Positions 55,315 to 64,000 of a stretch of DNA of 64,000 nt are shown piece after piece. Below the pieces are notes generated by a model. That model saw only the letters and a list, made by a program, of their open reading frames with translations. It did no database searches and was not told the DNA's origin. Within the stretch, counting starts at the first letter, position 1; each line of letters opens with the position of its first letter. Source of the DNA: a virus. The stretch spans positions 26,683 to 90,682 of the IMG/VR virus record IMGVR_UViG_3300043775_000777; one strand, written 5' to 3'. The translations under genes and the position numbers were made by a program.

Positions 55315-56145
55315 ATGATAAAATTTAATGCAGATAATCATAGTTACTCCAGTATAGATGGTGAAGCTATTGATTGGATAAGTGTTACAACACTTGTTTC
55401 CCATTTTAAAAAACCTTTTGATGCTAAAGCAGTAGCAGAGAAAGTAAGTAAAAGCAAAAGATCTAAATGGGCTGGAGTAGATCCTAAGATTATCCAGGAG
55501 ATCTGGAATAATGAATCTACTAGATCCACTACTCTTGGTACATGGTATCATAACCAAAGAGAAGATGACTTGTGTGCATTAGCATCATTAAGTGTAGAAG
55601 GAACTACTATACCTGTATTTAGACCTGCAGAGGTTAAAGAAGGTGTCAAGATAGCTCCATCACAAAAATTAGAACCAGGCGTGTATCCAGAACATATGGT
55701 CTATTTAAGATCAGCAGGTATCTGTGGACAATCAGATTTAGTGGAAGTAGTCAATGGTAAAGTAAACATCATTGACTACAAAACTAATAAAGAGATAAAG
55801 AAAGAGTCATATGTAAACTGGGAAGGTATATCTGATAAGATGTCTCATCCTGTAAATAACTTAGATGACTGTAACTTTTATCATTATGCTTTACAGCTCA
55901 GCATTTATATGTATATTATATTAAAGCATAATCCTAAACTAAGACCCGGAAATATATTTATACACCATATAACATTTGAAGTAAAAAAAGAAGATCAGTG
56001 GGGATATCCTATTGCCAAACTAGATGACAATGGAGAACCTATAGTAAAAGAAGTAATACCAATGGAAGTACCTTATTTAGTAGATGAAGTGCATGCTATT
56101 ATTCACTATCTTCATGATAACAAAGCCAAAATTAAAAAGAAATAA
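55315..56145 (+). CDS. PD-(D/E)XK (Cas4-like) nuclease
   Basis: SVTT, GTxxH, GQSDL...IDYKT and YxLQLSxY motifs; likely start MIKFNAD at 55315. Confidence 0.82.
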   Translation: MIKFNADNHSYSSIDGEAIDWISVTTLVSHFKKPFDAKAVAEKVSKSKRSKWAGVDPKIIQEIWNNESTRSTTLGTWYHNQREDDLCALASLSVEGTTIPVFRPAEVKEGVKIAPSQKLEPGVYPEHMVYLRSAGICGQSDLVEVVNGKVNIIDYKTNKEIKKESYVNWEGISDKMSHPVNNLDDCNFYHYALQLSIYMYIILKHNPKLRPGNIFIHHITFEVKKEDQWGYPIAKLDDNGEPIVKEVIPMEVPYLVDEVHAIIHYLHDNKAKIKKK

Positions 56146-56147
56146 AA

Positions 56148-56663
56148 ATGCTGATTAAACTATTTGATGTACAGAATAAAACAGTTGTTCCTACTGAACA
56201 CTGTTACACACTGAAGTCTCTTAAAGATATAATGGATGATTATCCTGATGACTATCTTAAAATATATCAGTATCTGTTTTATATGACATGTCCGGATCCA
56301 GATATGAATCCATTTTTCCATACACCACATATAGAGAAAGAATCATTAATCATGCGGGAGATAGAAGCAGAATTCTCTACAGAAGATACTGAGATATACA
56401 ATGCATTAAGATTCTGTGAGAAACTATATGAAACTCCAACCTCCCGCGCGTACGGGGGTATGCAGAAAGCACTAGATAGAATATCTAATTACCTAGCTAC
56501 TGCACAGATTACTGATGGTAAAGATGGTAACATAGCTCAGATAAGAGCATTAGCAAAAGACTTTGATGGTATCAGACAATCCTTTAAAGGTGTCTACAAG
56601 GATCTACAGGATGAACAACAAAGTAAAGTCCGTGGTGGTCAGGGTCTTGCATATGATAGTTAG
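56148..56663 (+). CDS. Conserved protein upstream of TerL (possible small terminase)
   Basis: Position; helical composition; RGG C-terminus. Confidence 0.5.
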   Translation: MLIKLFDVQNKTVVPTEHCYTLKSLKDIMDDYPDDYLKIYQYLFYMTCPDPDMNPFFHTPHIEKESLIMREIEAEFSTEDTEIYNALRFCEKLYETPTSRAYGGMQKALDRISNYLATAQITDGKDGNIAQIRALAKDFDGIRQSFKGVYKDLQDEQQSKVRGGQGLAYDS

Positions 56664-56665
56664 TC

Positions 56666-58870
56666 ATGAGTCAAATCTTTGAAGACATACCAACTTGGGA
56701 TAATGGTAATTGGACTACCACATCTTTTGATAGCAGAGAAGAGTTTGCTACATATCTGCGTTCAATATTTAAGGAACCCGGTCAGTATGAGTTTGATGAA
56801 GTTAGTACAGAGTTATTTGTATCAGAATCAAATAAGTTTAGAAAGCTTGGTATATACACTACAGCTCCTTTTAAATCAAAAGACTTTATTAACTACTGGG
56901 ATGACCAGAAAGCTAAATGCAGGAAGGGTTTACTAATTAAGCACGGAACTAAAGCTTGGTTTTTAGCAAGAGAGTACTACATGTGGCTTAACTTCCTACC
57001 TATCTTTAACAAAGAGATACAACAATTTGGATTTGCTGATATCCGGGATGCTCAGTATCATATGGCTTTATATGAACTACTAGCAGAACTAAACTATAAG
57101 CATGTAGCTATCTTAAAGAAACGTCAGATAGCATCTTCCTACTACCATATGGGTAAGCTTATAAACCAGCAATGGTTTGAAGCGGGTGTTACACTAAAGA
57201 TTGGAGCAAGTCTTAAAGATTATATAAATGAGAAAGGTTCCTGGAAATTCCTACAGGAATATGCAGCATTCTTAAATGAGCATACAGCATGGTACCGTCC
57301 AATGTCACCAGATAAGGTAATGATGTGGCAACAGAAGATTGAAGTCAGAAAAGGTAACAGAAAAGCTGAGGTAGGTCTTAAAGGTACTATACAAGGTATG
57401 TCATTTGAAAAGGATCCTACAAATGGTGTCGGTGGTCCAGTTAAATATTTCTTTCATGAGGAGGCCGGGATTGCTCCTAAGATGGATCAGACATATGAGT
57501 ATATGCGTCCTGCCATGAGATCTGGTTTAATTACTACAGGAATGTTTATAGCTGCAGGATCTGTGGGTGATTTATCTCAATGTGAGCCATTAAGGAAAAT
57601 GATTGTAAAACCTTTAGACAATGATGTATATTCTGTAGAATCAAATCTTATAGACTCTAAAGGTACTATTGGTTTATCCGGACTGTTTATCCCTGAACAA
57701 TGGTCTATGCCGCCATATATAGATAAATATGGTAACTCACTTGTTACTGAAGCCTTAGAAGCTTTAGACAGACAATTTGAAGTTTGGAAAAAAGAACTTG
57801 ACCCGGAGACATACCAGTTAAGAATATCTCAGCATCCTAGAAATATAGAAGAAGCTTTTGCTCACAGAACAGTATCTGTATTCCCAACTCATCTTATTAC
57901 AGCTCAGGAAAGAAGAATAGAAGATAAAGAATATGCATATGAGTTTCTAGATATCTCAACAGATGAGAATGGGAAACCTAGTGTTAGATCCTCTAATAAA
58001 AGACCTATAATGGAATTCCCTGTAACTAAGAATACAGAGGATAAAACAGGTGTACTTGTTGTATGGGAAAGACCAATAAAAGATCCTGCATTTGGACAGT
58101 ATTATGCATCTATTGACCCCGTGTCTGAAGGTAAGACAACTACTTCAGAATCATTATGTTCTATATATGTAATGAAAGCACCAGTAGAAGTAACTAAAGT
58201 AACAGGTACAGAAACAGAGACTTATATAGAACCAGATAAGATTGTAGCTGCCTGGTGCGGAAGGTTTGATGATATTAATAAAACACACCAGAGACTAGAG
58301 CTAATTATAGAGTGGTATAATGCATGGACAGTAATAGAGAATAACATCTCATTATTCATCCAGTATATGATATCTAGAAAGAAACAAAGATACTTAGTAC
58401 CTAAGAGTCAGATTATGTTCTTAAAAGATCTAGGAGCTAATGCTAATGTATTCCAGGAATATGGCTGGAAAAACACTGGTACTTTATTCAAAGCTCACCT
58501 TCTTAGTTATGCTATAGAATATACTAAAGAAGAATTAGATATAGAAACAAAGACAGATGGTACTATTGTTAGAACTAAATATGGTATAGAAAGGATTCCT
58601 GACCCTATGTTACTTAAAGAAATGAGAGCATATGCAGATGGAGTCAACGTGGATAGGCTAGTTTCATTCTGTGCACTTGTTGCATTTATGAAAATACAGC
58701 AGTCTAATAGAGGTTATACAAGAAGAACAATCATGGATGATGCAGCTAAAAACTTGCAAAAGTCAGAAAATTTGTTTAAATTAAAGAGTAGTCCGTTCCG
58801 GCATATGGGTAAATCTTTTTATTCTGGAGGACAGGGATTTAAAAGATCCCCATTTAAGAATCTTAAATAA
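56666..58870 (+). CDS. terL: Terminase large subunit
   Basis: KKRQIASSY Walker A region, FFHEEAG Walker B, SIDP nuclease motif, DR near the C-terminus. Confidence 0.9.
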   Translation: MSQIFEDIPTWDNGNWTTTSFDSREEFATYLRSIFKEPGQYEFDEVSTELFVSESNKFRKLGIYTTAPFKSKDFINYWDDQKAKCRKGLLIKHGTKAWFLAREYYMWLNFLPIFNKEIQQFGFADIRDAQYHMALYELLAELNYKHVAILKKRQIASSYYHMGKLINQQWFEAGVTLKIGASLKDYINEKGSWKFLQEYAAFLNEHTAWYRPMSPDKVMMWQQKIEVRKGNRKAEVGLKGTIQGMSFEKDPTNGVGGPVKYFFHEEAGIAPKMDQTYEYMRPAMRSGLITTGMFIAAGSVGDLSQCEPLRKMIVKPLDNDVYSVESNLIDSKGTIGLSGLFIPEQWSMPPYIDKYGNSLVTEALEALDRQFEVWKKELDPETYQLRISQHPRNIEEAFAHRTVSVFPTHLITAQERRIEDKEYAYEFLDISTDENGKPSVRSSNKRPIMEFPVTKNTEDKTGVLVVWERPIKDPAFGQYYASIDPVSEGKTTTSESLCSIYVMKAPVEVTKVTGTETETYIEPDKIVAAWCGRFDDINKTHQRLELIIEWYNAWTVIENNISLFIQYMISRKKQRYLVPKSQIMFLKDLGANANVFQEYGWKNTGTLFKAHLLSYAIEYTKEELDIETKTDGTIVRTKYGIERIPDPMLLKEMRAYADGVNVDRLVSFCALVAFMKIQQSNRGYTRRTIMDDAAKNLQKSENLFKLKSSPFRHMGKSFYSGGQGFKRSPFKNLK

Positions 58871-58875
58871 GTGAT

Positions 58876-61626
58876 ATGCAAATAATAAACGCATTACAAG
58901 CTAAGAAAGGTGTTAAAACTTCCCATAACAGAATGGGTAGTATTACTCAGCCTTTACAGTTTTTATTAAAAAAAGATAAAGATGATGAGTGGGCAGCATG
59001 GAACCTTGACTGGTTAGAGTGGAATGGTTTGAAACAAATCCGCAGAAATGCCCGCAGATTAATGAAGAACTACAAACTTGCAAAAGGTGTAATAGACAGA
59101 TCAGACTACATAGTTGAAGATGATAATGATTATAGAGATATAGTAGAAGTACTAACAAAAGAAGATGCTTCTGCATTAGAGTTAAAGTTCTATCCTATCA
59201 TCCCAAATGTTATTAATGTTCTAGTAGCTGAATTTGCAAAGAGATCAACTAAGCTTGTTTATAGAGCAGTAGATGAATACTCTTATAATGAAATGCTAGA
59301 GCAAAAAAGAGTAGCTGTTGAAGAAGTTCTTTTAGCTGATGCTCAACTTAAGATTACTGCAGCTTTATTAGAACAAGGATTAGATCCTGATTCTGAAGAA
59401 GCACAAGCAGAATTAAATCCTGACAAACTCAAATCTCTTCCTGAAATAGAATCATTCTTTAAGAAAGACTACAGATCTATGGCAGAACAGTGGGCATCCC
59501 ATCAACATAAAGTAGATGTTGAGAGATTTAAGATGGATGAACTTGAAGAAAGAGGTTTCCGTGACATGCTTATTACAGATAGAGAGTTCTGGCATTTCCG
59601 CATGATGGAAGATGATTATGAAGTAGAGTTGTGGAATCCGCCTATTACATTTTATCACAAGTCACCAGATGCTAGATATATATCACAAGGTAACTGGGTA
59701 GGTAAGATAGATATGATGACTGTAGCTGATGTAATTGACAGATATGGTTATGCTATGACTAAAGATCAATTAGAGGCTTTAGAAGCAATCTATCCTATCA
59801 GATCCGGTGGTTATATAGTTGGTGGTTATCAAAATGATGGTACATACTATGACGGAACCAAAAGTCATGAGTGGAATGTTAACATGCCTTCATTAGCATA
59901 CAGACAGTATACCACAATGCGTGCAGGATCAGTGCTAGATGGAGGAGATATTATAGCTCAAATAATGTCTGAGGGAGAAGATTACTTTGATCAAGGTACT
60001 GCATATCTATTAAGAGTAACTACAGGTTACTGGAAGTCTCAGCGGAAGATTGGGCATCTCACTAAAATAGCTGAGAATGGTGAAGTTATAAATGAGATAA
60101 TAACTGAAGACTATAAAGTAGAAGACAAACCTGTCTATGATACTAGATTGTTTAAAAACAAAACAAAAGATAATCTAGTGTATGGAGAACATATTGATTG
60201 GATCTGGATTAATGAAACTTGGGGTGGTATAAAGATTGGCCCAAACATACCTTCATTCTGGGGTATGAATAATCCAGGAGGATTTTCACCTGTCTATATT
60301 GGTATAGATAAGAATCATATTGGACCATTAAAGTTTCAGTTTAAAGGAGACAGTACTTTATATGGTTGTAAGTTACCGGTGGAAGGTGCTGTGTTCTCAG
60401 ATAGGAATACTAAGTCAACTGCATTACTTGACTTAATGAAGCCATATCAGATTGGTTACAATATAGTTAACAATCAGATTGCAGACATCTTAGTTGATGA
60501 GCTTGGTACTATCATTATGTTAGATCAGAACACTCTTCCACGACATTCACTAGGAGAAGATTGGGGTAAAGGAAACTTGGCAAAAGCATATGTTGCCATG
60601 AAGAATTTCCAGATGCTTCCTCTAGATACATCTATCACAAATACAGAGAATGCATTAAACTTCCAGCATTTCCAAAAACTTGATCTATCTCAGACAGAAA
60701 GATTAATGTCTAGGATTCAGTTGGCTAATCACTTTAAGCAACAGGCTTATGAAGTTATAGGGGTAAACCCTCAAAGGATGGGACAGCAGTTATCTCAAAT
60801 GACAGCTACCGGAGTAGAACAAGCTGCTGCAGCATCATATGCTCAAACAGAAGTATTTTTCATTCAACACTGTGATTACTTAATGCCTAGGGTGCATCAA
60901 ATGCGTACTGACCTTGCTCAATATTATCATTCTACAAAACCATCCACTAGATTAAGTTATATCACAGGAGCTGATGATAAAGTTAATTTTCAAGTAAATG
61001 GAACTGATTTACTTTTGAGAGACCTAAATATATTCTGCACAACTACGGCAAACCATAGAGCTGTGTTAGAACAATTAAAACAAATGGCAATGCAGAATAA
61101 CACTACAGGAGCATCTATATATGATCTTGGTAAAGTTATTCAGTCTGACTCTATTTCTGAACTTAATAATGCACTTAAGTCATCTGAAGAAAAACAATCA
61201 CAACAAAAACAACAAGAGCAACAGTCTGCACAACAAATGCAGCAAGAACAACTTGCTTCAGCTGAAAAACAAAAACAGATGGAAATCCAAGCTGCTGCTG
61301 AAAGAGATGATAAGATGATTCAGAAAGATATTACAGTAGCTGAAATCAGAGCTTCTGGATATGGTGCTATGGCAGATGTAAATCAAAATCAAGTATCTGA
61401 CTTCCAAGATGCTATGAAGGACATAAGACAAACTGAACAGTATGAATCACAAATGAACCTTCAGAGAGAAAAGCAAACTAATGAGAATTACAGAGAAACT
61501 CAAAAGCTGGATATTGAAAGACAAAAGCTTAATGTGCAAAGAGAAATAGCAGATAAGCAGTTACAGATAGCTAGAGAGAACAAAAACAAGTATGACAAGT
61601 CAGATAAAAATGATAAGAAAAAATAG
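58876..61626 (+). CDS. Portal protein
   Basis: Follows TerL; 916 aa with YPIIPNVIN motif and long Q-rich coiled-coil C-terminus typical of crAss-like portals. Confidence 0.85.
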   Translation: MQIINALQAKKGVKTSHNRMGSITQPLQFLLKKDKDDEWAAWNLDWLEWNGLKQIRRNARRLMKNYKLAKGVIDRSDYIVEDDNDYRDIVEVLTKEDASALELKFYPIIPNVINVLVAEFAKRSTKLVYRAVDEYSYNEMLEQKRVAVEEVLLADAQLKITAALLEQGLDPDSEEAQAELNPDKLKSLPEIESFFKKDYRSMAEQWASHQHKVDVERFKMDELEERGFRDMLITDREFWHFRMMEDDYEVELWNPPITFYHKSPDARYISQGNWVGKIDMMTVADVIDRYGYAMTKDQLEALEAIYPIRSGGYIVGGYQNDGTYYDGTKSHEWNVNMPSLAYRQYTTMRAGSVLDGGDIIAQIMSEGEDYFDQGTAYLLRVTTGYWKSQRKIGHLTKIAENGEVINEIITEDYKVEDKPVYDTRLFKNKTKDNLVYGEHIDWIWINETWGGIKIGPNIPSFWGMNNPGGFSPVYIGIDKNHIGPLKFQFKGDSTLYGCKLPVEGAVFSDRNTKSTALLDLMKPYQIGYNIVNNQIADILVDELGTIIMLDQNTLPRHSLGEDWGKGNLAKAYVAMKNFQMLPLDTSITNTENALNFQHFQKLDLSQTERLMSRIQLANHFKQQAYEVIGVNPQRMGQQLSQMTATGVEQAAAASYAQTEVFFIQHCDYLMPRVHQMRTDLAQYYHSTKPSTRLSYITGADDKVNFQVNGTDLLLRDLNIFCTTTANHRAVLEQLKQMAMQNNTTGASIYDLGKVIQSDSISELNNALKSSEEKQSQQKQQEQQSAQQMQQEQLASAEKQKQMEIQAAAERDDKMIQKDITVAEIRASGYGAMADVNQNQVSDFQDAMKDIRQTEQYESQMNLQREKQTNENYRETQKLDIERQKLNVQREIADKQLQIARENKNKYDKSDKNDKKK

Positions 61627-61628
61627 AC

Positions 61629-61693
61629 TTAGCTATATAGTGCAAAAAAATATCTGAGCTCTTTTAAATTTGTCAAGTTTATTTTGTATATTA
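61629..61693 (+). promoter_or_regulatory. TTAGCTATATAGTGCAA site plus TTTTGTATATTA late motif
   Basis: Intergenic, upstream of the scaffold/MCP operon. Confidence 0.6.
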
Positions 61694-61716
61694 AAGTATA
61701 ATTAAAAACCAACAAC

Positions 61717-62982
61717 ATGGAAACAACCAACAATCCAACTGGGGAAACCCAGGTCCTTGATACTACAAAGGTAGATCAAGTAGATGTAAACATTGATGAG
61801 ATCTTTGGCATGCCGGGTGCAGAAAGTGTAATGCTTCCTGAAGATGGTAAAACTGAAGAGAAACCTAAAAATCTATTTTCTAAAGAAGAAGTAGATACTA
61901 CGTTCCTTGACAACCCCAAGGCTACTCCTGAAGAAAGACAGGAAGCTAAGGAAAAGAAAATTGAAGTTGAAGAAACAATAGCTGAACTTGATGGCTTAAT
62001 TTCTCAAGAAGAAGATGCTGGTAACAAAGGTAGACCTAAAGTAGATAAATCAGGTCTTGCAGAGTTAGCAACTAAAATGATTGAGGAAGGTACACTTATT
62101 CCTTTTGATGATGATAAACCATTAGAAGAATATACTACTAAAGATTTCAGAGAGTTATTTGAAGCAAACTTCCAAGAAAGAGAAAATAAAGTTAGAGAAG
62201 ACACACCAAAAGAATTCTTTAACTCTCTTCCAGAAGAACTTCAAATTGCAGCCAAGTATGTTGCTGACGGAGGTACAGATCTTAAAGGTCTGTTTAGAAC
62301 ATTAGCTTATGTAGAAGAAATAGTACAACTAGATCCTACAAGTGAGAATGATCAAGCAGAAATTGCAAGACAGTATTTATATGCAACACAATTTGGTACT
62401 CCAGAAGAGATTGAATCTGAGATAGATGATTGGGCTGATATGGGTAAACTTGAGCAAAAAGCTAAACAGTTTAAACCTAAGTTAGACCGTATGCAAGATG
62501 AGATTGTAGCAAATCAACTTGCAGAACAAGAAGCTAGAAAAGAACAACAGGCTAAACAAGCTAAACAATATACAGATAATGTATATAATACTTTAGCAAC
62601 TGGTGAAATAAACGGTGTTAAGCTTGACAAAAAAATTCAGAGTATGTTATACTCAGGATTAGTTCAACCTAACTACCCTTCAATTTCTGGTAAACAAACA
62701 AACATGCTTGGACACTTACTTGAAAAATATCAATTTATTGAACCAAGACATGATCTTATTGCTGAGGCACTTTGGTTACTTGCAGATCCAGATGGATATA
62801 AAAGTAAACTAAAAGACCAAGGCGGTAAAGCAGCTGTAGAAAAAACAGTAAGACAATTAAAGACAGAGGAGTCTAGGAAAATCTCTTCATCTTCTAGTAC
62901 TGATGAGTATGAAGAACAAAAGAGAGGAACCGCAAAACCTCAAAGAACCATCTCAAGATCTAATATGTTCAAGAGATTTTAA
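61717..62982 (+). CDS. Scaffolding-like head protein
   Basis: Acidic and helical; between portal and MCP. Confidence 0.65.
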   Translation: METTNNPTGETQVLDTTKVDQVDVNIDEIFGMPGAESVMLPEDGKTEEKPKNLFSKEEVDTTFLDNPKATPEERQEAKEKKIEVEETIAELDGLISQEEDAGNKGRPKVDKSGLAELATKMIEEGTLIPFDDDKPLEEYTTKDFRELFEANFQERENKVREDTPKEFFNSLPEELQIAAKYVADGGTDLKGLFRTLAYVEEIVQLDPTSENDQAEIARQYLYATQFGTPEEIESEIDDWADMGKLEQKAKQFKPKLDRMQDEIVANQLAEQEARKEQQAKQAKQYTDNVYNTLATGEINGVKLDKKIQSMLYSGLVQPNYPSISGKQTNMLGHLLEKYQFIEPRHDLIAEALWLLADPDGYKSKLKDQGGKAAVEKTVRQLKTEESRKISSSSSTDEYEEQKRGTAKPQRTISRSNMFKRF

Positions 62983-63010
62983 TTAGTAACAATTTAAATA
63001 ACAAATAAAA

Positions 63011-64000
63011 ATGGCAACTCCAGTTTTAAACAATGGTATATTCCTCCGGGATACCTCTTACAACGCAAGTTCCCATGTGGATTCTTACCACTTGGTTAAC
63101 ATGCTGAAAGATGCTGAGCCTATGGACTTAGGCCCAGTTGACTTATGGGCTATGGCTCAGAAAGTTGAAATGCCACTTTATCAAATGTCTTCATTTGGTG
63201 GCAAGAATGTAATTATGGTTGATAATGCTCGTGGTGAGTATAAGTGGCAGACTCCAGTGTCTGTAGACTTACCTTACATCATTGAGGATATTGAACCAGA
63301 CAATAACTTTAAAGGTGTGGATGGAACTACATTCCGCATCAAATTAAGCCGCAGAGAATTTGGACATGGTGATATCATCACTTATGACAAATACAATGGA
63401 GCTGAGATGTACATTGTACCTTCAGAAGATATCCTTCCTATTGGAGATGGATACATCTATACAGTACAATTAGTTGATAATGACAACAACAAATACTTGG
63501 ATAACAAGTACTTGGCTAATGGTACTAAAGTATTCCGTAAAGGTTCTGCCCGTGGAGAGTATGGTGAAAGATTTTCTGACATCCAAACAAGAACAGGATT
63601 CCGTGAATTCTACAACTTTGTTGGTGGTGCTGAAGCTCATGTTCACTATTCAATCTCTAGCCGTGCTGACTTAATGATTAAAGGTGGAATGAATGCAGAT
63701 GGTACAGTTCCTGTAACTGAGATCTGGAGAACATTTGACAAAAACATTGATCCAGCAATCACATCATTAGATGATATGGTTAAAGTAATGGGTAAAGACA
63801 AAGTTAAAAAAGCATTTGACAATGGTGATTTGTCACGTACATTCTTAACTACTCTTGAGTCTGCTCACTTATCTAAAATTGCTACTGACATTGAGACTTA
63901 CTTAATGTGGGGAGCTGGAGGTAGAGTACGTCAAGATGGTCCAGATGATATCCGTTTATCTGTGGGTCTTTGGAGACAGTTGGATAACTCATTCAAAAGA
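63011..64000 (+). CDS. Major capsid protein (3'-truncated by the window)
   Basis: Hand translation MATPVLNNGIFLRD...HVDSYHL...YQMSSFGGK...; open to the window end; position after the scaffold; strongly biased codon use. Confidence 0.85.
   Translation, partial: MATPVLNNGIFLRDTSYNASSHVDSYHLVNMLKDAEPMDLGPVDLWAMAQKVEMPLYQMSSFGGKNVIMVDNARGEYKWQTPVSVDLPYIIEDIEPDNNFKGVDGTTFRIKLSRREFGHGDIITYDKYNGAEMYIVPSEDILPIGDGYIYTVQLVDNDNNKYLDNKYLANGTKVFRKGSARGEYGERFSDIQTRTGFREFYNFVGGAEAHVHYSISSRADLMIKGGMNADGTVPVTEIWRTFDKNIDPAITSLDDMVKVMGKDKVKKAFDNGDLSRTFLTTLESAHLSKIATDIETYLMWGAGGRVRQDGPDDIRLSVGLWRQLDNSFKR

Noticed and set aside
3414-62204. Many short antisense or alternate-frame ORFs in the track (e.g. 3414-3617, 17968-18522, 24388-24681, 33270-33596, 52060-52422, 58943-59176)
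   Set aside because: They are shadows of well-supported genes, with atypical composition and no leaders.
1-64000. Stop-codon reassignment (TAG or TGA), known in some crAss-like phages
   Set aside because: Core genes (PolB, TerL, portal, MCP) are full length in the standard code, and genes end in TAA, TAG and TGA with dense packing.
1-64000. tRNA or tmRNA genes
   Set aside because: No T-loop GTTCRA cloverleaf recognised in intergenic regions by eye; a tRNAscan-SE/ARAGORN run would be definitive.
1-64000. Prophage or temperate lifestyle
   Set aside because: No integrase, repressor switch or host genes in the window; the architecture is that of a crAss-like virion genome.

Overview
This 64-kb AT-rich window is part of a crAss-like (Crassvirales-type) tailed phage genome, most likely infecting a Bacteroidota host. 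The host call rests on TTTG-N19-TAnnTTTG promoters and A-rich, Shine-Dalgarno-less starts. Layout: (1) 1-9.2 kb (+): 3' part of a giant virion protein, probably the virion RNA polymerase polyprotein with a C-terminal run of enzymatic modules, then a second large virion cargo protein. (2) 9.2-37.8 kb (-): replication and middle genes (MazG-like, DUF932, PolB, PD-(D/E)XK exonuclease, MoxR AAA + vWA, primase, SSB-like, Sak4-like, DnaB, UNG, NinB-like, ClpS, SF2 helicase, HNH) and many small ORFs. (3) 37.9-38.8 kb: about 900 nt non-coding and densely base-paired, a candidate large ncRNA. (4) 38.8-42.5 kb (-): about 15 terminator / CARCTTTTATTG / mini-gene units, probably the early region. (5) 42.55-43.1 kb: strand switch, possible genome end, plus short structured RNAs. 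(6) 43.1-64 kb (+): HExxH protease and Ate/Bpt-like aminoacyl-transferase, Acb2/Tad1-like, GroES-like, fibres, lysis genes with a direct-repeat-flanked insertion, IHF-like, TerL, portal, scaffold and 5' part of the major capsid gene. I saw no tRNA, CRISPR array, integrase or recoding signal. Top leads: a possible phage-encoded N-degron pathway (protease + transferase + ClpS), the large structured RNA, the cassette array whose stop codons sit in terminator loops, and the modular cargo on the virion RNAP. All family assignments come from motif recognition by eye, not from database searches.
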